The position numbers and the translations under genes are program-made. 63,511 nt of DNA from a virus (Duplodnaviria > Caudoviricetes). The DNA lies in the IMG/VR virus record IMGVR_UViG_3300044472_000032, positions 1-63,511 of that record; one strand, given 5' to 3'. Below the pieces are notes generated by a model that did not search any database, was not told the origin of the DNA, and saw only the letters and a list, made by a program, of their open reading frames with translations. Of the stretch, positions 8,029 through 17,805 are shown in pieces. How positions within the stretch are numbered: the stretch's first letter is position 1; each line of letters begins with the position of its first letter.

Positions 8029-8463
8029 CTAAAAACTGAACGTTGTGGGGCTCGCGCCGCCAGTACAGTTGTAGCTAACGAATCCGTTAATCGTTTTCGT
8101 GTCATAGTTTTTGTCAGTTACTACCAACCTAGTCCCGTAGGTACCGGTACCGATCGTGGTAGAAGTGGTGACAAATTCGACCGTCTGATCACTGTCGCTG
8201 CCGATGCGCTGCTTTGCGCGAACGGGGAGCGCTCCGAAATCCCATAAGAACGCATACCCGGGTTTTCCGCCGCTGGCTTGCCCGGTGAATCGGATTCGGC
8301 AGTCGCCATCGTTTGCGGCGGGAGGCGTTACGGTCACTGACCAGCCAGCGGCAAGGCCAGTCTCCGGAGCTGTCGGCAAATTACTATTGCCGCCATCTTT
8401 GTTGCATGCGTACGTCAGCAATGCAATGGCGACCATGGCAATGCGCGCGATGATTCTTTTCAT
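8029..8463 (-). CDS. Lipoprotein with PKD-like domain
   Basis: Lipobox-like LTYAC; YAFLWDFG and GTYGTRLVVTD match the PKD signature. Confidence 0.7.
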   Translation of the reverse strand: MKRIIARIAMVAIALLTYACNKDGGNSNLPTAPETGLAAGWSVTVTPPAANDGDCRIRFTGQASGGKPGYAFLWDFGALPVRAKQRIGSDSDQTVEFVTTSTTIGTGTYGTRLVVTDKNYDTKTINGFVSYNCTGGASPTTFSF

Positions 8464-8642
8464 TTCTTTTTGCTCGCTTTCAGAGTTGCTTGATCGAATT
8501 GTGGAATGATCGGTGGACGGTTAAGGGCCTCGACAGTTTCGGCCTGAAGGGTTTTCAAGACATCCAAAACATTTTGCTGAAGGTTTTGGATGTCATCTGG
8601 ATTGCATTCTACCGGGCGCAAGTCTGCATGCCGCCCGCTCAC
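8460..8642 (-). CDS. Hypothetical protein
   Basis: Coupled to neighbours on both sides. Confidence 0.5.
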   Translation of the reverse strand: MSGRHADLRPVECNPDDIQNLQQNVLDVLKTLQAETVEALNRPPIIPQFDQATLKASKKK

Positions 8643-9334
8643 TGATCCGCGCCAAATGTGCCAGGAATGATTTCGAGATACCCGGTAGGACCGGCGGCCT
8701 TCAGGACATTTTCAAGATCGTCCGCAATGTCCGCGCAGGGCCGCCCCTGTTCTGGCCATTTACTTTCGAATTCATTTACCACGGCAATTCCGCCGTCAAT
8801 CCTTTCGAGTTGGTGGTGGTGGTCGGGCGGCTTTAGCGAATTGACGTCGCTCCGCAAGTTGATCAGCATTTCACCGATACCCTTTACCGACTCACGACAC
8901 TCAGATAGCTCTTTACCGGCGCGCTTGCGCAAGTCACTTACCAGCAGCTCGATTTCTTGTCGCAGCGCTGGGCCGATCGCCCGATCCTGGTCGCCGCCCG
9001 CGGGTTCGTATCGAAACCTGATAGCAACCGGGGCGGCGCCCACCAGCTCGCGAAAGTCGATTGCCGCGATAGTGCTGGCTGTCGCCGGGTCGCTGGTGCA
9101 CGCCAGCACGGCGCCCGGGTCAGCGGCGCTCCGCTTGACGCGAAAACAGGAGCGGCCGCCGTAGTCTGCGCGGGTTTCTACCGCGCCAACCATCACGCCG
9201 CGCCATTCTCCTCCCCTTTTTGCGTTGCTGCTTTTTGCCATGTCCGGCAGCAAATCGAGCGGCCGAAACCCGGTGCCGGAGCATCCTGGCAGCAGCAGCG
9301 CCAGAATAATCAAAAGGCTTCTCGTTTTCTTCAT
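8639..9334 (-). CDS. Putative lipoprotein
   Basis: MKKTR, hydrophobic stretch, LPGC lipobox. Confidence 0.65.
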   Translation of the reverse strand: MKKTRSLLIILALLLPGCSGTGFRPLDLLPDMAKSSNAKRGGEWRGVMVGAVETRADYGGRSCFRVKRSAADPGAVLACTSDPATASTIAAIDFRELVGAAPVAIRFRYEPAGGDQDRAIGPALRQEIELLVSDLRKRAGKELSECRESVKGIGEMLINLRSDVNSLKPPDHHHQLERIDGGIAVVNEFESKWPEQGRPCADIADDLENVLKAAGPTGYLEIIPGTFGADQ

Positions 9335-9510
9335 TTCTGTGCGTCCTCTTTCTTGATTTTCAGAATTTCATTTACTTGCGATCCGCAATGGAGGCAGAAT
9401 TTTTTACCTCCTATGATACTGGGATATCTCCAGTGATGATCGCACGATTCGCATTGTTCAACCTTCTCCATTACCTCTTCCAGAAGATCAATCGCGAGTG
9501 GAGCGCTCAT
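9331..9510 (-). CDS. Small zinc-ribbon protein (not in ORF track)
   Basis: 59 aa MSAPLAIDLL...CESC...CLHC; ATGA overlaps at both ends. Confidence 0.65.
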   Translation of the reverse strand: MSAPLAIDLLEEVMEKVEQCESCDHHWRYPSIIGGKKFCLHCGSQVNEILKIKKEDAQK

Positions 9511-9764
9511 GGCGCGCTATCCATCGCAATAAAAACAGCAACGATTGTCTCATTAATAACATGCACCCGCCTTCCTTCAATCTGAGCATCATGCGAAACG
9601 CGTGAAAGTTGCCACGATTCAAGCTCATATCCATGTGTATTGCTTGTGGATATCAATCGCTCAAATCCTTTTGATAACATTTCAGTTTCTGGAGAAATGA
9701 AACCATCTACCCAGTTGACCGCAACCTCGCCGGTGATGCGCTTTTTGTTTTTGGCGTTACTCAT
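9507..9764 (-). CDS. Hypothetical protein
   Basis: SD GGAGG; 85 aa. Confidence 0.65.
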   Translation of the reverse strand: MSNAKNKKRITGEVAVNWVDGFISPETEMLSKGFERLISTSNTHGYELESWQLSRVSHDAQIEGRRVHVINETIVAVFIAMDSAP

Positions 9765-9792
9765 GGCGCTTTCGCCTCCTTTTTCTCATGGC

Positions 9793-10011
9793 CTAGAGAA
9801 TCGCCCGCCGGATGAAATACTGGCCAAGACCGAGCAACGACATTCCGATTCCGATCGCCACATCCTGCGGGATGGGAATCGGATGGCCGGTATAGAAAGC
9901 CACTGCGTAGACCGCGCCAGCAACGGCGGTAATCATCGCAGTGGTTTTCGCCTTGGACGCCCGGCCTTCGCCAGGAGCTTCGAGAACGCCCTGATGCATA
10001 GATTCCGGCAT
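9793..10011 (-). CDS. Small two-TM membrane protein, holin candidate
   Basis: Two hydrophobic segments and a basic C-terminus. Confidence 0.45.
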   Translation of the reverse strand: MPESMHQGVLEAPGEGRASKAKTTAMITAVAGAVYAVAFYTGHPIPIPQDVAIGIGMSLLGLGQYFIRRAIL

Positions 10012-10017
10012 AAGAGA

Positions 10018-11706
10018 TTATTCCTTTCCTTTTTCGAGCAGCTTCCACGATTCCATTGGGCCGCCCGGGGTTGCGCGACTAATCAGATTCTCGAGTGCGT
10101 CAATTTCTGTTACGCCAAGTCGCGGCGTGTTGCGGCTGGCTAGGTAGCCAGAGAGTCGACTATACAGAGCGGACATGACAGCGCCGAATAGCATGTCCGA
10201 GAAGTCGTAATTTCTCGCTTTGCGAACAGGGCCACAAAGGAAATTCGCCGGCTTGCTGTCTACCGCGCCAAGCTCGGCGAGGATCGGATTAATTGCCGCT
10301 GGCGCGTAGTCCTCAAGATCATTTCCCTTAATCGCGAGCGCCTCCGGCAGGGCCGCTGCGCCATAAGACACGGCAAGGGCAGTGATTGCATAATGCGGCA
10401 GCAACTTTAGCCTCTCGAATATCAGCATGGCAGGGTTGTCGTCGCCATGATCGAGACTGCCGGCCCCGACGTGAGCAGCCACGGCGTTATGCCACAAACG
10501 GAGCCACTGCCGCGCCCTGCGGGCCGCCTGCGCCTCTTCTGGCCGCTCGGGTACCAAGAGCCTGCCCGAGGTGTCTCGCGCGTGCTGGGCCAGCTGGCCG
10601 GAGCCGCAGAAGCCAGCTCGCGGCCCGTCCAGGTAAATAAAGCGGATATCGCTGCCGGGATCCCCGAAGGCATCTTCGGTGATCGATGATCCGCCAAGGG
10701 CGACTTCTGGAATGATCGCCGGTACGATCCCGGGATCGCCGGCACCCGCAACTCCGGGAGCCGCTTTCGCTCCAATTGTTGACACGAGGTAGACCGGCGC
10801 ATTTGCCAATTTGATCCGCTGCGATATTGCCGCTTTTGTTTTTTCGTTCCAGCAGGCACTATCGAGGCAGTGATCGTCTTTTTGATTGATCTCGGCGAAT
10901 AGTGGCGCATCGGCCCCCGTGCGGCGAGGGCAGTTTTTACAGGCACCAGCGCCATCGATCAGGAATTCTAGTCCTGGATCGAATGGCGCCTCGCTGATCC
11001 TGTGCATTACCGATTTACACAGATCCTCGATATCCGCCCCGCTGGGTTTCGCCAGTAACCGGAAGCGGGCGATTTGCCAAAGCTGCTCTTGGGCTGGCTC
11101 GGGCATCCTGGCGATCGTTTCGAGCGCTACCGCGCCCCACCCATAGACAGGAGATTTGATATCGTCGCTGGCCGCTCGCCAGCTGGCCGACAGGTTAAGC
11201 AAGCAAAGCCTGCGCCTGAAAAGATCCGGCGTTACGCCCGCTCGTTTCGCAGCTGCCGGCAGCGATCCGCCGCACGCGTCAAAAATCATTTTGTAAGACG
11301 TCGCCTCTTCAAGTGGGCGAATCCCGCGCCGCTTAAGGTTACCATCTGCAGTAGCCAGCGCGGCGGATGCCTCATCCATGCCGCCCACCATTGCGGAAAT
11401 GGTTGTCTTGCCGAGGTGGTGGTGGGCGCGGACGCGGCACTCCCCCTCGATCAGCAAAAACGTTCCATCATCTTGCGGCCTGAGTCGCACAGGGCAGATG
11501 AGGCCGACGCTCGCGATACTCGAAGCCAGTCCGCGCAGGCCTTCTGGCCCTTCGACAACGGCAGGCGGCAGCTCGGAAAATGGTGCGTCAAGCGGCTTGC
11601 CGGAAAGCGCCACTCGGTGTTGGTGTGGAGATTGCCGAATGAGCCGCAGCTCTACCTCGGCAAGCTGCGGTTGATCGATTTTCTTTTTTGGTGCCGACGT
11701 GCTCAC
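10018..11706 (-). CDS. ParB/Spo0J-like protein with Cys-rich extension
   Basis: LASSIASVGLICPVRLR...LIEGECRVRA, N..R..I.PLEEA, HTH-like region, GACKNCPRRT...CLDSACW. Confidence 0.8.
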   Translation of the reverse strand: MSTSAPKKKIDQPQLAEVELRLIRQSPHQHRVALSGKPLDAPFSELPPAVVEGPEGLRGLASSIASVGLICPVRLRPQDDGTFLLIEGECRVRAHHHLGKTTISAMVGGMDEASAALATADGNLKRRGIRPLEEATSYKMIFDACGGSLPAAAKRAGVTPDLFRRRLCLLNLSASWRAASDDIKSPVYGWGAVALETIARMPEPAQEQLWQIARFRLLAKPSGADIEDLCKSVMHRISEAPFDPGLEFLIDGAGACKNCPRRTGADAPLFAEINQKDDHCLDSACWNEKTKAAISQRIKLANAPVYLVSTIGAKAAPGVAGAGDPGIVPAIIPEVALGGSSITEDAFGDPGSDIRFIYLDGPRAGFCGSGQLAQHARDTSGRLLVPERPEEAQAARRARQWLRLWHNAVAAHVGAGSLDHGDDNPAMLIFERLKLLPHYAITALAVSYGAAALPEALAIKGNDLEDYAPAAINPILAELGAVDSKPANFLCGPVRKARNYDFSDMLFGAVMSALYSRLSGYLASRNTPRLGVTEIDALENLISRATPGGPMESWKLLEKGKE

Positions 11707-11837
11707 TTCTGTCCTTTCTTTGTGGGAGCCGTGGTCGAATTGTAATCATTACCACATCCTGGGCATTGCGAGGTATCGGCGTTGACCAGCTCCGCGGATC
11801 CGCAGCTATGACATGTCTTAAAAATTGCCTCACTCAA
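11703..11837 (-). CDS. Small zinc-ribbon protein (not in ORF track)
   Basis: TTG start; MSEAIFKTCHSCGSAELVNADTSQCPGCGND... (44 aa); coupled at both ends. Confidence 0.6.
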   Translation of the reverse strand: MSEAIFKTCHSCGSAELVNADTSQCPGCGNDYNSTTAPTKKGQK

Positions 11838-12460
11838 AGGTTTTCACTCGCTTTCTTCAGGTCGGTTAGTTTGATCTCACGGAGCTTAATTCTTTTCGCT
11901 CCAGTTTCGAAACCGATAATAACAATCCTATTTCCGGCCAGCAACCACGGCTTACAGATTTTAAGATCGAGAATCTTCCGAGCGCGGGCCGACATGTTGG
12001 TTATCGAAGTTGCCTGAATAGCTGTTACACCAAGGCATCCAACGCGCACGGCGACCAAATCGAATCCGCCAAAAAGATCTACGGTCGTATGCTTGACGGT
12101 GCGATTGCCTTCTTCGTCTTTCCCAAAGTGCCGCGGCAACCGTTTCTCAACAATCGCGACATGCCAGCAATAATCTAGGCCGACTTTCGAAGGAAGAAGC
12201 CAATGGAATCCGGGAGAATTGGAAAGGCATATATCCTCGAATGCAGCTAGCTTCTTTTCGCTCAGTGCGCATTCCTCGAAAAGCTTTTTAGTCAGCCCCG
12301 ATGTGGACACCCGGCGAGCGCGTCCGCGCGGGGCTGTGGTACCATCGCCGGAACCTGATCCCCTGCGCTCAGGCTTTGCGGGCCGAGTGCTCGCCCGGGA
12401 GCTCGCCCCGGTGTTGGCTTCGGCTCCGCTATTTTTTTGTCTTCTCAAGACACTTCCCAT
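11834..12460 (-). CDS. Putative PD-(D/E)XK nuclease / Holliday junction resolvase-like
   Basis: DLFGGFDLVAV...AIQATS motif. Confidence 0.55.
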   Translation of the reverse strand: MGSVLRRQKNSGAEANTGASSRASTRPAKPERRGSGSGDGTTAPRGRARRVSTSGLTKKLFEECALSEKKLAAFEDICLSNSPGFHWLLPSKVGLDYCWHVAIVEKRLPRHFGKDEEGNRTVKHTTVDLFGGFDLVAVRVGCLGVTAIQATSITNMSARARKILDLKICKPWLLAGNRIVIIGFETGAKRIKLREIKLTDLKKASENL

Positions 12461-12711
12461 CCAAGTTTAACCAGCTCGTCTATTTCTTCTTCTGTAAATT
12501 GCGGCCCATATCCTTCGATAATTATTCCGCCCTTTCCCGGCAAGAAGAATAAATGCATTCCTCTCTTGTCATGCCTAACAATTTTGCATGTAGATCCGTC
12601 GTTGTCATATCCAAAGAAAGATCCAACGGCTGGGATTGCCTCGTATTGCACTATCTTACTAATCGTTGTATTGGTTTCAAGAATCCTGAAGTAAATTGTA
12701 ATATCAACCAT
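12445..12711 (-). CDS. Hypothetical protein
   Basis: SD AGGTG; 88 aa. Confidence 0.6.
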   Translation of the reverse strand: MVDITIYFRILETNTTISKIVQYEAIPAVGSFFGYDNDGSTCKIVRHDKRGMHLFFLPGKGGIIIEGYGPQFTEEEIDELVKLGWEVS

Positions 12712-12722
12712 CTTTTCACCTT

Positions 12723-15005
12723 TTAACCTTCCATCAATTCGGCCATACTTCTTTTAAGTCGCGAAGCAGGAGATTCTTCAGTCACTTCTTCTTCTATTTC
12801 TTCCGCGCAGTTATCGGCATAGCTAGCCTGCCTGAGTCTATAAATCAGGGCAGAATGCCGCGCAGTTTCTCGCGCATCCTCGGCGGCTCTTGTTACTGCC
12901 TCTTTCTGACCGACCAGCACCACTAGCCGGCGACCGCGGGTTATGCCGGTATAAAGCAGCTGCCGCTTTAACATGATCGCGTGTCTAGTATGGACAAACA
13001 TGATCACGATAGGCGCTTCTCCACCCTGGGCTTTATGCACCGTGCAGCAATAGGCAAGATCAAGATCTCGCAAATCATTCCGGGCGTACTCGACCTTCTC
13101 GCCATCGATTTCCACTTCAACAACGCTGCGCTCTGCCGACATTGCCGTGATGTAACCCTGATCGCCATTAAAAACACCAAGACTCAATCCGTAATTATTG
13201 CGCTTTTGCATTACGCGGTCGCCGATGCGCAATTGCTCGCGCCATGGTATCGGCTCCCCATTTGGATTGAGTGCCGCTTGAAGTCTCAAATTCAAATCGT
13301 CAACGCCACCGACATATTTCTTCATCGGTGACAATACCTGTACGTCTCGCGGCGTGAGTTTCAGGCGATTGGGCGCACTTTGCGAAGCCAGCTTGACAAT
13401 TAAATCAACAGCTTCATCAGCCTCATCCGCCTCTACGAAATAAAAATCTCCCGGGTTGCCGCGATCATTGAATTTAGGGGGAAGCCCGGCGTTAATCCGA
13501 TGCGCCGCCATTACGATTGCACTTTCTGCCGCTTGCCTGAACACGTGGTCCAGGTGGGCAACCATCACCGGGCCGCTGTCGATCAAATCGCGCAGCACCC
13601 GCCCGGGGCCAACACTGGCCAGCTGATCAGGATCACCGACAATCACCACGCGGGCGCCATCCGGCGTAGCTTCGAGCAATTTTGACATCAGCTCGATGTC
13701 AACCATCGATGTTTCGTCGATCACTAGCAAATCGATAAAAAGTCGATCGTTCGAATGGTAGCCCCATGAATTGCCGTTATATTTTAACAGCCGGTGGATC
13801 GTCGAAGCGTGAAATCCCGTTGCCTCGCGCATCCTTTTTGCCGCCCGCCCGGTCGGAGCGCAAGCGGCGATACGCATGCCACCTCTGGCGGCCATGTCGA
13901 GGATCACTTTTAGCAGGGTGGTTTTACCCATCCCTGGGCCGCCGGTGATAACCAGCACCTTGGCGTTGCCGGCGACGGCATCGACAGCGGCGCGCTGTGA
14001 GTCGCTCGGTTCGAGCTCGCCCCATATCGGCTCAGCCATGACCGACTCGCAAGACGCGGCCATGATTTCCAGTAGGCGAGACGCCACCGAGCATTCCGCC
14101 CCGTAAAATCGCGGATGGTAGACGGCTGGCCCATCGACTATTACGCCCTCGCAGTCCGCCAGTTCGCCAATACATGGCGCGATCTTCTCTTTTGTCAGTT
14201 TCAACAGTCTAGCCGATGCCGATAAGAGCTTTTTGCGCGGCAGAAAAACGTGGCCCTCGCCGCTCGCCTCTTCGAGCGCGTACAGGATGCCGGCATTGAT
14301 CCGCGGCTTAAAATCAAGCGGCGTACCCATGCGCTGCGCGATCTCGTCCGCCGTCAAAAACCCGACGCCTTTATAGTGCGTCAGGCTGTACGGATCGTGC
14401 TGCACGATAGCCGCGGCCTGGTCCCGGTGATCGCGCAGCAGCCTGGTGCACAACCAATCGGGCACGCCCCACGAGCGCAACAGGACAGACGCCTCCGCCT
14501 CCTCGCGCCGCCCCTTGATGCTGGCGATAATGTCCGCGGCAAGAGCCGGGGTGATGCCCTCCACCTCGATCAGGCGCGAGGGATCCCTGTAGACCACCTC
14601 TAGGGCGTGATCGCCAAAGCGGGCGATGATGGCCCTGGCCCTGACCGGACCTACGCCAGCGAGTGTCTCGAGCCAGCTACGGAGGCCGGCGACGTCTTGT
14701 GGCTCCTCCACCACGGCGGCCAGCACCTGTAGCTGCTTACCCCATCGCGGGTCGTCTTGATACCTCGCGCGGAGCCTGAGCGTCTCGCCGGGCTTTATGC
14801 CCGAAAGCGCCGTTCCTATAGCGGCCACCGACTCGCCGGCCGCAAGCGGAATCGACTCCGCCGCCGTGACTATTTGCACGGTGGCGCTTGTCCACCCGCT
14901 CTCCGCCTTGGCGTGGCGGATGCGCTTGACTAATGCCACCACTTCGGCGGCGGATGCGTCGGCCGCGCGCCGCTTTGCCTCAAATGTACTGACTGCTGCT
15001 GCCAT
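12723..15005 (-). CDS. recD2: RecD2-like SF1B helicase
   Basis: N-terminal OB/HhH region, GGPGMGKT, IDETSM, GDPDQL, TVHKAQG; SD GGAGG before ATG15005. Confidence 0.9.
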   Translation of the reverse strand: MAAAVSTFEAKRRAADASAAEVVALVKRIRHAKAESGWTSATVQIVTAAESIPLAAGESVAAIGTALSGIKPGETLRLRARYQDDPRWGKQLQVLAAVVEEPQDVAGLRSWLETLAGVGPVRARAIIARFGDHALEVVYRDPSRLIEVEGITPALAADIIASIKGRREEAEASVLLRSWGVPDWLCTRLLRDHRDQAAAIVQHDPYSLTHYKGVGFLTADEIAQRMGTPLDFKPRINAGILYALEEASGEGHVFLPRKKLLSASARLLKLTKEKIAPCIGELADCEGVIVDGPAVYHPRFYGAECSVASRLLEIMAASCESVMAEPIWGELEPSDSQRAAVDAVAGNAKVLVITGGPGMGKTTLLKVILDMAARGGMRIAACAPTGRAAKRMREATGFHASTIHRLLKYNGNSWGYHSNDRLFIDLLVIDETSMVDIELMSKLLEATPDGARVVIVGDPDQLASVGPGRVLRDLIDSGPVMVAHLDHVFRQAAESAIVMAAHRINAGLPPKFNDRGNPGDFYFVEADEADEAVDLIVKLASQSAPNRLKLTPRDVQVLSPMKKYVGGVDDLNLRLQAALNPNGEPIPWREQLRIGDRVMQKRNNYGLSLGVFNGDQGYITAMSAERSVVEVEIDGEKVEYARNDLRDLDLAYCCTVHKAQGGEAPIVIMFVHTRHAIMLKRQLLYTGITRGRRLVVLVGQKEAVTRAAEDARETARHSALIYRLRQASYADNCAEEIEEEVTEESPASRLKRSMAELMEG

Positions 15006-15027
15006 CCGGTAAAACCTCCAGGGGCCC

Positions 15028-15090
15028 AACATAGCACGGTGTACCGCGTGCATGTCAACTATTGCATGTTACACCGTTGCATGTCAGGAT
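15028..15090. promoter_or_regulatory. Divergent control region with three TGCATGTYA direct repeats
   Basis: Repeats at 15049, 15063 and 15078; TTGACA on minus strand and TTGCAT on plus strand overlap them. Confidence 0.55.
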
Positions 15091-15139
15091 GGCCCCGCTT
15101 GGTGGATCAACCACCCGGCGAGCGGTCGAAAGGGGCCCA

Positions 15140-15595
15140 ATGAGCGCAACGCAGTGCGAAGGCGACGCTATCGCCACAGAGGACCGGCGCGAGCCGGAAG
15201 CGAAAAAACGGACGCGGAGGCGTAAGGTCGGCTCTGTCGACACCAAGGCCAAGCCACTCGGGGTACGCCTGCCGGCTAGCATGGCGAAGCGTATCGAGGC
15301 ATGGCAGGTGCGCAGCGGGGAGGGTAACGTAGCGCAAGCTTTGCGCTACATGGTGCAGGCGGGCCTAGACACCAATCCCGGCCCGCGCGAGGTCGGCCGC
15401 TTGCCACGACTAGAGCCAGGTACGGAAGCCGGTAACTATCATTTTTCCGAGGAAATGTTGGCCAAGCTTGGCACACTCAGCGCCAAGCTTGGCGGGACGC
15501 TGTCGCGCCATAGGTCCATTCTGATCTGTATTCAGATTGGGCTAGCTGTCGCGGAAGCTGCACTGGAAAACAAACAAGACGGAGGTGACGAGTGA
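15140..15595 (+). CDS. Tandem ribbon-helix-helix DNA-binding protein, candidate regulator
   Basis: GVRLPASMAKRIEAW...VAQALRYMVQAGL and YHFSEEMLAKL...SRHRSILICIQIGL. Confidence 0.6.
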   Translation: MSATQCEGDAIATEDRREPEAKKRTRRRKVGSVDTKAKPLGVRLPASMAKRIEAWQVRSGEGNVAQALRYMVQAGLDTNPGPREVGRLPRLEPGTEAGNYHFSEEMLAKLGTLSAKLGGTLSRHRSILICIQIGLAVAEAALENKQDGGDE

Positions 15596-16281
15596 AGATC
15601 GGTGCAAAAACAGAGTTTCGAGTTCCGAAGAAGGGTATGCATGATGCGGTATTCGCAGAGTGCGTAATGATGCCAAGGGGGCCATATGGTCCAAATGCTG
15701 CAATTATCTTTTTGATCGACGAAACCGATCAAAAGGGAAAGCACCTGATCACATTCTTTTTCTTCAATCCGGACGCAGGTTTTGGTTCTCCAGAAGGAAA
15801 AAAGGGATCCGCGTTTAGGCGTCTTTTGCAGAATATTACGGGGCACACTTTCACCCCTGATCAAATCCGCAAAATCGCTAGCGGAAAATCTAACTGGAAA
15901 ATTGAGGACATGGTTGGGCATCCATGCAAGATTTTCATTAAGCACAAGCAAGGAGAAGACAAAGACGGTGAAGAAAGAATCTTTGCCAGTATCGATGTTG
16001 ATCTTTGCGAACAGGGCGACAATAGCATTGATCTTGAAGGCTACGTCCCATATGAGGAGCGCAAGAAACAGCGCAGTAACGAAAGCGAAAGCGGCGATGG
16101 CGAGGAAGAAGAAAAAGCGCCACCGAAGAGCAAAGGCCTGACTCGCCGGAGTGCTGCGAAAAAAATTGACGAAGAAGAAGATGACGAATCCTTTGAACCG
16201 TCGCTCGAGGACGACGACGAACCGCCAGCCAAGTCAGCCAAGCGCAAAAGCAAAATGGACGCGGCGCCGTGGGGCGATTGA
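15592..16281 (+). CDS. Putative ssDNA-binding protein
   Basis: OB-like core, long acidic tail ending PWGD; adjacent to exonuclease. Confidence 0.55.
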   Translation: MKIGAKTEFRVPKKGMHDAVFAECVMMPRGPYGPNAAIIFLIDETDQKGKHLITFFFFNPDAGFGSPEGKKGSAFRRLLQNITGHTFTPDQIRKIASGKSNWKIEDMVGHPCKIFIKHKQGEDKDGEERIFASIDVDLCEQGDNSIDLEGYVPYEERKKQRSNESESGDGEEEEKAPPKSKGLTRRSAAKKIDEEEDDESFEPSLEDDDEPPAKSAKRKSKMDAAPWGD

Positions 16282-16292
16282 GGTAACTCGCA

Positions 16293-17072
16293 ATGACGAT
16301 CCGAATCGGAGCCGGAGGCGGTAGCGCCAGCGGAATTAAAATCGGCGCGAACGGTTTTGACTTGCCGGTCAAGGTGACCGCGAGCGAGTTCCCATGGCGC
16401 TACCGCTCCAGCTCCGGGGCGGGAATCCTCAGCGTTACCGAAATCCTTAACCTGAGCCACATTCGGGTATTGCCAAGCGGTATCGATCCGAAAGTGATTC
16501 GCAATGCTGGCGAGCGTGGCACGGCAATACATTCGCAAATCGAGAAATACTTGCGAAACGGTGATATGTCCGATGACATTGCGTTTTCGGAAAGCTCGCA
16601 AGCCGCTCCGCATCTTCAAGCGTGGCTCAATTGGAACGATCTAGTAAGGCTTGAACCGATTGATCTGGAGATGAGGATTGATTATGAGGTCGCTGGTGTT
16701 AAATACGCCGGCACTAGCGATTTTCTCGGCAGGATCGGCGCCTATAAAAAGCGCGCAAAGTGGCTGATCGATTGGAAATCAAGAGAGGTGAAGTTTGGCG
16801 ACCTACACCAGATGGTTGCCTATAAGCGCGCGCTTATTGCCGCCGGTAAAATGAGCCCAGAAGATGGGCTGGCCGTTGTCGAGGTTTTGAAAAGCGGCGT
16901 GCGCTGGATTGAGGTGCCAATGAATCGACTCCACAAAAACACAAGCGAGAGCGCGGCCTGGCGTCTTTTCGGTGCCGGCGCGCTCATTGCCTATCACAGG
17001 GTAGAGCAGGGAGATTTTGCAGATGAGTACGCGAGCAGCAGCGCAGACGAAGAAATCGACGAAATCGAGTAG
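16293..17072 (+). CDS. PD-(D/E)XK exonuclease
   Basis: SVTEIL, RGTAIH, YAGTSD, LIDWKS, Q...Y motifs. Confidence 0.8.
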   Translation: MTIRIGAGGGSASGIKIGANGFDLPVKVTASEFPWRYRSSSGAGILSVTEILNLSHIRVLPSGIDPKVIRNAGERGTAIHSQIEKYLRNGDMSDDIAFSESSQAAPHLQAWLNWNDLVRLEPIDLEMRIDYEVAGVKYAGTSDFLGRIGAYKKRAKWLIDWKSREVKFGDLHQMVAYKRALIAAGKMSPEDGLAVVEVLKSGVRWIEVPMNRLHKNTSESAAWRLFGAGALIAYHRVEQGDFADEYASSSADEEIDEIE

Positions 17073-17805
17073 CGATCCAGTGGTGATACAGCTCGAACAA
17101 TCTCAGCGTGCGCAGGTATCTACCGAGCTGGCGCAGGTAAGCAAGCTTGCCATAGCGGCAGCCAATGCACTCAATAACGAAATCGTTACCGCTGACGATT
17201 TGCGATTGGTTACGGAAATGCTTGAAGGTCCAATACCAAAGGCACTTGACCGAGCTGAAGAAATCTTCGGGCCAATGCAAAAGGCGGCAAATGCTGCCGT
17301 GGCTGCAATTCGTAAACAGCGTAAAGAAATCGAGGGGCCAGTTCTTGATGCAAAAAATACACTCAGAGCGGCTCTCCAGAATTACGAGATACGGCGGATG
17401 AAGGCAGCAGAAGAAGCGGCTGCGCTTGAGCGCAAGCGAATGCTAGAAGAGGCGAAGCTGATTACTCTTGGGCCGCCAAAGAAAGACCCCCTCTCAAGCC
17501 TGTATGAGGATGAAGACGAAGATGGCGATCCGATTCTCGACAGCGACTTGATTCTCAGCGAACCGCGCCAAGTTGAACTACTGCCACAAGTCGAGGGCGG
17601 CGGTGTTAGCTTTCGCGATAACTGGGGATATACAGTTATTGAAGCTGGAAATCTTAAGGCTGATTTTATGATTCCAGATCACGACAAGATCGCGAAGGCA
17701 GTCAGGGCCATTGGCGAGATGGCGATCGGGCTCATCAGCAAAGATCCTGCCGCACCCGCCATATCAGTAGTCAATCGACCAATCCCGGTTGTCAAGCGCA
17801 GCTAA
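17017..17805 (+). CDS. Coiled-coil phage protein
   Basis: 262 aa in the recombination operon. Confidence 0.65.
   Translation: MQMSTRAAAQTKKSTKSSSDPVVIQLEQSQRAQVSTELAQVSKLAIAAANALNNEIVTADDLRLVTEMLEGPIPKALDRAEEIFGPMQKAANAAVAAIRKQRKEIEGPVLDAKNTLRAALQNYEIRRMKAAEEAAALERKRMLEEAKLITLGPPKKDPLSSLYEDEDEDGDPILDSDLILSEPRQVELLPQVEGGGVSFRDNWGYTVIEAGNLKADFMIPDHDKIAKAVRAIGEMAIGLISKDPAAPAISVVNRPIPVVKRS

Noticed and set aside
16293-17072. Cas4 call
   Set aside because: No four-cysteine Fe-S motif; generic PD-(D/E)XK exonuclease
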